Origin: Verrucomicrobiota bacterium | GTDB taxonomy: Bacteria; Verrucomicrobiota; Verrucomicrobiia; Chthoniobacterales; JAFAMB01 | Direction: 5' to 3' | Length of the DNA: 64,000 bases | NCBI GenBank assembly: GCA_019247695.1 | Contig: JAFBAP010000159.1 | Span: 13,265-77,264 of the forward strand | In this document: positions 57,148 through 64,000 of the stretch, in pieces | Position numbering within the stretch: the first letter of the stretch is position 1 | How the letters are laid out: every line of letters begins with the position of its first letter | The notes under the pieces: model-generated | Seen by the model: the letters and a program-made list of their open reading frames with translations, nothing else | Database searches by the model: none | What the model was told of the DNA's origin: nothing | Translations under genes and position numbers: made by a program

Positions 57148-58521
57148 TCAAAGCTCGTACGTTTCCCCCGGGACGGGGATCACGACGCGGGTACCGGGTA
57201 AGGCTTCGGCGATCGCTGCTTCAAACCATGACATTGACGCCGGTCCGCCGTGCACCAGGACCACCGTTTGCGGGCGGGTCTGGCAGATATAATTCAGGAT
57301 TTGTTCCCGCGGAGAGTGGGCGCTGAAATCAAATTCCTCCACGCGACAGATCAACGGTTGTTCCGGTAATTCGTTGTCGAGCCGGATCGGTTCTTCCGGC
57401 TGTCCCGCCTTCAACCGGCCGCCGGGTGACTCCGGGTCCGCGTAGCCGACGAAGAAGATGGACTGCTTCGGGTCGGACAGAATCCTGGCGGCGAGCTGGT
57501 TGGAAAGCGTTTTTTCGGACATCATCCCGCTGGAGAGCGCGTAAATGTGCTGGCGTTCGAGCTGCGTGGTCCCGACTTCCCGTCCGCTCAGGACGTAAGG
57601 CGCGAGGGTGTCGAGCAGTTGCACGCCGACGTGCTGGCGGGTGGCAACGCTGGCCAACTGGTCGTGGATGACGGTGATTTTCGTGCTCAACCCGCCGATG
57701 TAGATCGGTGTGCGCTTAAGGAGCCCGCGATTCCGGAACTCGAACAGCATCGTGAGCACTTCCTGGGTTTTACCTAAAGCGAAGACCGGCACCAGCACCG
57801 ACCCGCCGCGCTCAAAAGCCTCAAGGATCGCCTGCAGAAACCGTTCCTCCTCAGCCGGACGATTGAACGCCGGCGGCAGAGCGCGGTCGCCGCGCGTGGT
57901 TTCGACGATCAAAACGTCCAGCGGCTCCTCGGGAAACTCCGCCTTTCGCATCAGCGTTTGATCGGCAAAATTCACGTCGCCCGTGTAAAAGATCTTTCGG
58001 CCCTGCGACCGGAGCATGACGCCCGCAGAACCGAGGATGTGCCCGGCATGGTACATTTCGAAGGTCAGCTCGCCATTGTCGCCCGTTACCCTTTCGCCCT
58101 GCAGGTTCCAGCGCTGGCGCAACCCTACGCTCTGCCAGGCCTGGGCGAATAGATCGGTCTCACGGTGGGTAAATAAAGGGTAAACGCCCAGGCCGAGCTC
58201 CTCTCGCTGGCGTGACATGACGTTGACCGAGTTGTGCAGCATCGCCTCGCTGAGGGCGGCCGTCGGCCCCGTCATGTACACCGGCGCCTGAGGTTGGCGC
58301 CGCATCAGTACCGGCAGGGACCCGATGTGATCCTGATGGGCATGCGTGATCAGGATCGCATCCAGCTCGTGGTCCGGAATGAACCGGTAATTGGGAAGCG
58401 CCGCCTCGCCCTCATTTCGGGGATGCAGGCCCGCATCGAGCACCAGTTCGGCGCCGTCCAATTGGATGTGATAGGAGTTAGCCCCGATCTCGATCTCTTT
58501 GGTCAGATTTGTGAAACGCAT
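57148..58521 (-). CDS. metallo-beta-lactamase / beta-CASP family RNA-metabolising hydrolase
   Basis: 'DAILITHAHQDHIGSLP' (HxHxDH), 'MYHAGHILGSA', 'TGDVNF', and a C-terminal beta-CASP region ending 'VVLVHG'. Confidence 0.8.
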   Translation of the reverse strand: MRFTNLTKEIEIGANSYHIQLDGAELVLDAGLHPRNEGEAALPNYRFIPDHELDAILITHAHQDHIGSLPVLMRRQPQAPVYMTGPTAALSEAMLHNSVNVMSRQREELGLGVYPLFTHRETDLFAQAWQSVGLRQRWNLQGERVTGDNGELTFEMYHAGHILGSAGVMLRSQGRKIFYTGDVNFADQTLMRKAEFPEEPLDVLIVETTRGDRALPPAFNRPAEEERFLQAILEAFERGGSVLVPVFALGKTQEVLTMLFEFRNRGLLKRTPIYIGGLSTKITVIHDQLASVATRQHVGVQLLDTLAPYVLSGREVGTTQLERQHIYALSSGMMSEKTLSNQLAARILSDPKQSIFFVGYADPESPGGRLKAGQPEEPIRLDNELPEQPLICRVEEFDFSAHSPREQILNYICQTRPQTVVLVHGGPASMSWFEAAIAEALPGTRVVIPVPGETYEL

Positions 58522-58653
58522 GTTCTACCGCCAGACACCAGTATCGCTGAAACCTTTTGCGCCCCTTCGCGTCTTCAGGTCTGAAGAATCGGGACCAACC
58601 TTGACCGCTCGTCAGATTGGCTAAGCCAAGCTTTCCTCAACGTCCTCAATGCT

Positions 58654-60225
58654 TTGCAGCTACGCAACAAAGTCCCAGAAAATCGGTTTAACTCAAGGAA
58701 CATGTTGACTCCACTCGCTGCTTCAGCCTGGGACCAGGATGCCGCCGCCCACCTCGCCCTGCGTGCCGGTTTCGGACCGAAATCGGTCGAAGAACTCGAG
58801 AAGCTGGCCAGCCTCGGCCCCGAACGCGCCGTGGAAACGTTTTTGTCCGTTGCGGCGGCGGACCAGGACCCGCCACCCCCGTCGCCCGACCTTACTCCGG
58901 ACCACTTCTCGGCTCTGGAGGCCCAAATCCGAAACTCCACCGACCTGCTCGAGAAGCGGGAACTGCAGAAGCAAAAACGGCAGGAGGCACACCGCCAGAT
59001 GCAGGAACTCACCCGCTGGTGGATCGAGCGCATGGTCCAAACCCCTTCGCCCCTGGTGGAGAAAATGGCCTTCTTCTGGCATGGGCACTTCGCCACCAGC
59101 ATGGAAAAGGTGCAGTCGCCTTATAAAATGTGGAGTCAGAACCGGACGTTCCGGCGTTATGCCCTGGGCAGCTTCCGGGACCTGACCAAGGCCGTCTCGC
59201 GCGACCCCGCCATGCTGGTCTGGCTGGATCTGAACGGATCGCGGAAAGAAAAGCCGAATGAGAACTTTGCCCGCGAACTCATGGAGCTTTTCACCCTCGG
59301 CGAAGGGCATTACTCCGAACAGGACGTCAAAGAGGCCGCCCGCGCCTTTACCGGCTACCGCATCAATCCGGTCGACCAGTCTTTCCGGTTCATGCCCGGC
59401 CAGTTCGACGGAACGCCAAAAACCTTTCTAGGCCGGACGGGACCTTGGGACGGCGATCAAGTGATCGACATTATCCTGAGCCAGCCGGCGTGCGCACGCT
59501 TTCTGGTGACCAAACTCTGGCGTTTTTTCGTCAACGATAACGCCGCCCCGGAGCTGGTCGACCATCTGGCCGGCGAATTGCGCCGCAACAATTTCGAGCT
59601 GCACCCCCTCCTGCGGGTCATTTTCCGCAGCACGGAGTTCTACGCGGACGCCTGCAGAAACGGCCAGATCAAAGGCCCGGTGCAATGGATTGCGCAGACC
59701 TGCCGGACGCTGCCGGTCGAAGTGCCGAGCGCTGAGGTGTTATCGAATGTCCTCCGTCAATTGGGCCAGCTTCCCTTCTACCCTCCCAATGTGAAGGGCT
59801 GGGAAGGCGGCACAGCCTGGATCAACACGGCGACCCTGGCGTTTCGCTACGCCATCGGCCGCCAGCTGATCCTGGGCCGGCCCGCACCAAAGCCGCCCGA
59901 GTTCACGATGCAGCCGCCGCCGATGGTCAGCAACCAGGGTGGGCAGCCGGCCGTGGAGGCCGTCGCTCCCAACCAGCCGAGACCACCGGGCGCGAGGCCG
60001 ATCGCACCGCTGGACGTGGCAATGCTCGTAACCGGCCGGGAGCGCGATGAACCCGTCGCGTTGGTCAAAGATCTATGCCACCGGCTCTGCCCGGGCCGGC
60101 TGCCGGCGTCCCTTGAGGAACAATGCCTGGGTCTGATTGCCGGCAAGCGCCTGCCTTTAAATGATCAAGCCATCCGTGAACTCGTCGCGCTGATGGTTGC
60201 CACCCCGAATTTCCAACTCTGTTGA
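58654..60225 (+). CDS. DUF1800-domain protein
   Basis: 'FWHGHFATS', 'NENFARELMELFTLGEGHYSEQDVKEAARAFTGY', 'PNVKGWEGG'. The start is TTG at 58654 or ATG at 58702. Confidence 0.75.
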   Translation: MQLRNKVPENRFNSRNMLTPLAASAWDQDAAAHLALRAGFGPKSVEELEKLASLGPERAVETFLSVAAADQDPPPPSPDLTPDHFSALEAQIRNSTDLLEKRELQKQKRQEAHRQMQELTRWWIERMVQTPSPLVEKMAFFWHGHFATSMEKVQSPYKMWSQNRTFRRYALGSFRDLTKAVSRDPAMLVWLDLNGSRKEKPNENFARELMELFTLGEGHYSEQDVKEAARAFTGYRINPVDQSFRFMPGQFDGTPKTFLGRTGPWDGDQVIDIILSQPACARFLVTKLWRFFVNDNAAPELVDHLAGELRRNNFELHPLLRVIFRSTEFYADACRNGQIKGPVQWIAQTCRTLPVEVPSAEVLSNVLRQLGQLPFYPPNVKGWEGGTAWINTATLAFRYAIGRQLILGRPAPKPPEFTMQPPPMVSNQGGQPAVEAVAPNQPRPPGARPIAPLDVAMLVTGRERDEPVALVKDLCHRLCPGRLPASLEEQCLGLIAGKRLPLNDQAIRELVALMVATPNFQLC

Positions 60226-60241
60226 CCCTTCCTCCTTCCTT

Positions 60242-61558
60242 ATGCCACATCAGCCCGAAGTTCTTACCCGGCGTCGTTTTCTGCGCACGTCCGTGCTGGG
60301 CGCGGCGCTCAGCTGGACGGTTCCGCTGTTCATTGAACGCACTTTCTCGACCCTGAATGCCGCCGCGGCCGAGTCTGCGTCCTCCCTGCAAGTGCCCACG
60401 GGACGAGATCATCCCATCCTCGTCGTCCTGCAATTGGCGGGCGGGAACGATGGGCTGAACACCCTGATCCCGTACGAGGACGACGCTTATTACCGCGCCC
60501 GGCCCACGCTGGGCATTCCCAAAACCCGGGTTTTGCCCCTGAGCGACCGCATCGGCCTGCACCCGGCGCTGGCCCCGCTGGCGGATCTTTACCACGAAGG
60601 AGCGCTGGCAATCCTGCAAGGGGTCGGTTACCCCAACCCTAACCGGTCGCATTTTCGGTCCACCGAAATCTGGCAGACGGCTTCCGATGCAAACCGGGTT
60701 TCAACCAAAGGCTGGATCGGACGGTACTTCGACAATTGTTGCTCGGGCGGGGACCCGACCGTCGGCGTCAGCTTGGGCCAACAACTGCCGCAGGCATTCA
60801 ATGCGCAGCAACCGGTCGGTATGGCGATTGAACGGCCGGATCACCTCGGCCTGCCGAAAGTGGGTGACGCCTTCGAAAGGGCTGCCTTCGAACAACTCAA
60901 CGGCCTGGACCACGAACTCGATGCCGGCAATGCCGGAGGTTCCATCGCCGGCTTGAATGGCTCCCTGCATTCCAACCTCTCGCCCCTGGATTACCTTCAA
61001 CGGGTTGCGCTCGATGCGCAGGTGGGCGCCGACCGGATCAGCGCGATCCTGAAGCGGACCAGAGACGAAGCAAACTATCCGAACACGCAGCTCGGGCGTT
61101 CGTTGAGCTCGATTGCTCGATTGATTGCGGGCGGCCTCACCACGCGGGTGTATTATCTCAGCCACGGCGGTTTTGATACGCACAACAATCAAGGCGAGGC
61201 TCATCAAAGGCTCCTGGGTGAACTCGCCGGTGCCACCGATGCTTTCTGCCATGACCTGCGTAGCAAGGGGTTGCTCGACCGCGTGACGCTGATGACGTTC
61301 AGCGAGTTCGGGCGACGCGTCGCCGAGAACGCCAGCAAAGGGACTGACCACGGGACCGCCGCCCCGCTTTTTGTAATGGGCGGTGCAATCCGGCCCGGGC
61401 TCTACGGGCGCCAGCCCAGCCTCGAGCAACTGGATGCGGGCGACCTAATTTTCAACGTCGATTTTCGTTCGGTTTACGCCACGATCCTTGAACGATGGAT
61501 GCAGGCGCCTGCCCAAAAGGTGCTTGGCCGGGAATTCCCGTTGCTGGCATTTTTGTAA
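60242..61558 (+). CDS. DUF1501-domain protein (sulfatase-like fold) with a twin-arginine signal
   Basis: 'TRRRFLRTSVLGAALS' Tat motif, 'QLAGGNDGLNTLIPY', 'GGFDTHNNQ', 'FSEFGRRVAENASKGTDHG'. Confidence 0.8.
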   Translation: MPHQPEVLTRRRFLRTSVLGAALSWTVPLFIERTFSTLNAAAAESASSLQVPTGRDHPILVVLQLAGGNDGLNTLIPYEDDAYYRARPTLGIPKTRVLPLSDRIGLHPALAPLADLYHEGALAILQGVGYPNPNRSHFRSTEIWQTASDANRVSTKGWIGRYFDNCCSGGDPTVGVSLGQQLPQAFNAQQPVGMAIERPDHLGLPKVGDAFERAAFEQLNGLDHELDAGNAGGSIAGLNGSLHSNLSPLDYLQRVALDAQVGADRISAILKRTRDEANYPNTQLGRSLSSIARLIAGGLTTRVYYLSHGGFDTHNNQGEAHQRLLGELAGATDAFCHDLRSKGLLDRVTLMTFSEFGRRVAENASKGTDHGTAAPLFVMGGAIRPGLYGRQPSLEQLDAGDLIFNVDFRSVYATILERWMQAPAQKVLGREFPLLAFL

Positions 61559-61700
61559 GAACCTAAAGGGCTCACCTCGTAAATGCAGCCGGTTGCATTG
61601 CGACCCCGGGCACCGGGGCCGCCGGAGTTCCGCGTTTTGATGCGTCAAAGCTTGCCCTCCGGACTCCGAAGCTTATGCTCACGCACCTGGGGCTTGCGAT

Positions 61701-62483
61701 GTGAAACTCCTTTTGACCTCAGATTTTCACTTTCACCGGCCATGGTACGACTGGCTTTTAGATCACGGGCCCCAGTACGACCTCGTGGCCATCGCCGGAG
61801 ATTTGATGGAAATGCATTACCCCGGAGGGGTGGTGCCGCAGCTTATTTACCTTCACGGTTGGGTACGGACGATGCTCAAGCGAGGGGCGGTTCTGGCGGT
61901 CTGCTCCGGTAACCACGACCTGCCTTCGACCGCGCCGATGGTCGTGCCGCACCAGGGTATCGATAAAGAACGCGTCGCGCTCCTCGAGGGGTTTGCGAAG
62001 CATGAACATTGGTTGCAGGCCTTGCGCCGCGATCACCAGATCACCGTCGACCAGGACCATCGCATCATTCGCACCAATTCCGGGGAGAGCCTCATGGTAA
62101 GCTGCGCGCCTTACCGCGCCGACGGCCAGTTTTTGTTCCGTGAACATTTCCCGCCCCCCTGGCTCCTGCTGCACCATGAACCGCCCGGGGGCACGACCCT
62201 GGCAGGACCGAATACGGGCAACCAGGCCCTGGCCGAATTCGTCCGAAAAACACCGCCGAAATACGTTTTAAGCGGCCACGCCCATTTCAGCGAATCGGGC
62301 CATAACGCTTTCCATGAGCGTATCGGCAAGGCGCATTGCTTCAACTGCCGCCAATACCCAACGGCCGGTATCCGCCCCCCGGCGCCCAACGTGATTCTTC
62401 TCGACACCGGCGCCGGCACGGCAACCTGGCGCTTCTACACGCAGGACAGCACCCCGCAGCAGGCCGTCGTGGAATTGGACTGA
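61701..62483 (+). CDS. calcineurin-like metallophosphoesterase
   Basis: 'LLTSDFHF', 'VAIAGDLME', 'CSGNHD', 'VLSGHAHF'; GTG start. Confidence 0.7.
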   Translation: MKLLLTSDFHFHRPWYDWLLDHGPQYDLVAIAGDLMEMHYPGGVVPQLIYLHGWVRTMLKRGAVLAVCSGNHDLPSTAPMVVPHQGIDKERVALLEGFAKHEHWLQALRRDHQITVDQDHRIIRTNSGESLMVSCAPYRADGQFLFREHFPPPWLLLHHEPPGGTTLAGPNTGNQALAEFVRKTPPKYVLSGHAHFSESGHNAFHERIGKAHCFNCRQYPTAGIRPPAPNVILLDTGAGTATWRFYTQDSTPQQAVVELD

Positions 62484-62850
62484 GAAAAGAGGAAACATCC
62501 ACAGATTACACAGATTGACACAGATTACGGTCACACGGTCGCACGGCGGACACAGCGGAGAAGAATCACACGGCGCCACGGCGGAACACGGCGACCACGG
62601 CGGGAAGAGGGGGAAAGAGTTCGGAGTTCGGGGCTCGGGGTTCGGAGCGGCAGAGAATGCCACAAATGAAGAGGCGCCGGGTCTGGTAATCTTTTTTCTG
62701 CGTTCTCTGCGTGTTCTGCGGTTGATTCTGTCTTTCCGCCGTGGTCGCCGTGGTCCGCCGTGTTCGCCGTGTGAACTCTTACGTTGCGCCCGCCGTGTGA
62801 CCGTGTGAACTCTTTCGTCGTGCCCGCCACCCTCTTCATTTGTGGCATTT
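62484..62850. repeat. modular palindromic intergenic element (family A) filling the gap between two convergent stop codons exactly
   Basis: Words CACAGATT x3, CACGGCG arms (62531-62617 vs 62733-62808), 'agaatgccacaaatgaagagg' (62654-62674) inverted at 62831-62852, and the core 'cttttttctgcgttctctgcgtgttctgcgg' (62691-62721). Confidence 0.9.
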
Positions 62851-63993
62851 TCAGGGAGAGGTCAGCCCGGATACGGCGCCGCCATAACCCGTTAATTCCA
62901 TGTAACCGTTTCCCTGGACCGGCTGGCCGGCCTTGGCGCCTGAAAGCCGGATACATCCCTCCCAGTAGCGTGAGGAAAGCCTGAGTTCCTGATCGTCAAC
63001 CGGAGTCACGATCGCCAACTCCAAACCTAATTTCGGGATGCTTGCCTGCCATCCGATCGGATAGCGGGGTGCCGACCGGTCACGCTGCCAGAACCGGTTG
63101 GGAATGAGCTGGAAGTCATCCCGGGCAAGCGGGGTGACCTGACCCTCACGACTCACGTATTTTCCGCTGGAATAAGGATCGATCCCGCCATCCTTCAGGC
63201 GCATCTGGTAGAGCATGAGGCTGGAACCGTCATTTAGCTGGATTGCAAACCAGTTCCAACCGGCCTGCTGCGGTTCGAGCTGGTTGGTGGCCCATTCACG
63301 ATCGAACCACGAACTCCCGGCAACGGTCCAGGCGTTTGCGCCGAGACGAACGGTCCCCTGGGTTTTCAGGATCGGAATAGAATAATAATACGAGGCTCGC
63401 CCCGGTCCGCCGGCTTTCCGGCTGAAGCCGTCGACGCCCTGCAATACCGGAGCCATCTGCGGTTCGAGTTTAAGGTCGATGGCGCATTGGCCGGCCGCCG
63501 CCCGCAGACGGAAATTCCCGTCGTAATCGACCTGCCAATCCTCAATCCAGACAAGCGTCCCGTCGCGGCCGTAACCAGCATCACCCAAGGCGCCGCGGCT
63601 GATTTTTTCATAGGCATGGAAATGGTGGTCCGCGACGTCGGTGACCGTGAAGTGCGCGAATTTCACTTCCCCGGTCGCAAACGGGGACTGCGGAGGGTGA
63701 ACGGGGTCCGGCGGCCGGTAGCCATGACGGAAAAAGGTTAGTTCGAACCCGAACTCACGTCCGTCCCCGGCCGCCAGGTTACCGGTAAAATACCACCATT
63801 CCGTGCGGAAACCCGGGTGAGGGCCGTGGTCAGCCGGAAAATGAAAAACATAGCCCGGCTCGGCGATTTGCCATCCATCCGCATTTACGCTTTGCCCCTT
63901 GAGTTCTCCCGCCAGGAGAAAAACACCGATGGCGATAAACATCCAACGGGCACTTCCGAAAAACCACGGCCACATCACCTTGAATATACGCAC
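62851..63993 (-). CDS. CrtC (hydroxyneurosporene synthase)/AttH-like lipocalin-domain protein with an N-terminal signal or anchor
   Basis: 'FHFPADHGPHPGFRTEWWYFTGNL', 'GFELTFFR', 'SYYYSIP', 'SWFDREW'. Confidence 0.7.
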   Translation of the reverse strand: MRIFKVMWPWFFGSARWMFIAIGVFLLAGELKGQSVNADGWQIAEPGYVFHFPADHGPHPGFRTEWWYFTGNLAAGDGREFGFELTFFRHGYRPPDPVHPPQSPFATGEVKFAHFTVTDVADHHFHAYEKISRGALGDAGYGRDGTLVWIEDWQVDYDGNFRLRAAAGQCAIDLKLEPQMAPVLQGVDGFSRKAGGPGRASYYYSIPILKTQGTVRLGANAWTVAGSSWFDREWATNQLEPQQAGWNWFAIQLNDGSSLMLYQMRLKDGGIDPYSSGKYVSREGQVTPLARDDFQLIPNRFWQRDRSAPRYPIGWQASIPKLGLELAIVTPVDDQELRLSSRYWEGCIRLSGAKAGQPVQGNGYMELTGYGGAVSGLTSP

Positions 63994-64000
63994 CCAAGCG

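Overview
This is a high-GC bacterial chromosomal segment. Gene content (a SWIB-domain protein, a DUF1800/DUF1501 pair, futalosine-pathway mqnD) and the intergenic repeat style suggest a Verrucomicrobia-like PVC organism, but that is inference only. It is mostly housekeeping and falls into four parts. (1) 1-19600 is a long + strand, largely translationally coupled cobalamin cluster: cobQ', cbiB, cobO, cbiA, cbiE, a cbiX-cbiC fusion, cbiD, cbiL, cbiF, cbiG, a cbiH-cbiJ fusion, cobW, cobN, a chlI/D-type chelatase ATPase and a pduX-like kinase. It mixes early-insertion (CbiX/CbiD/CbiG) and late-insertion (CobW/CobN/ChlID) cobalt-chelation genes. (2) 19600-22100 is a small accessory or scar region. 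It holds a Uma2 nuclease, a 173-bp ghost copy of the chelatase gene with an internal deletion, a SnoaL-like protein, a 42-bp x3.3 tandem repeat that may encode a small secreted protein, and an AT-rich patch. (3) The rest is core genes: a DAHP synthase, rnd, rho, coaE, a UXS-like enzyme, phoU, argS, ptsN, glgA, aminotransferases, prmA, a dksA-like gene with rpmG and rpsR, rpsA, mqnD, hisD, mtgA and the complete F1Fo atpBEFHAGDC operon. (4) The most unusual signal is non-coding. At least eight intergenic gaps are filled, often exactly from stop codon to the next gene boundary, by modular palindromic elements. Their arms are stuttered short words (GTAACGG, CGAACTC, GTGTTCGCC, TTCTGCG, TTGTGGCAT, CACAGATT, CGACACC). 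Several share a TTCTGCG-rich core, and some loci are nearly identical although tens of kb apart. One of these elements (about 150-nt arms) sits inside the cbi operon. A different ~560-nt nested palindrome of GTCCC-N3-GGGAC hairpins fills the cbiG-cbiH gap. No CRISPR array, tRNA, rRNA, transposase or recognisable defence system was found.
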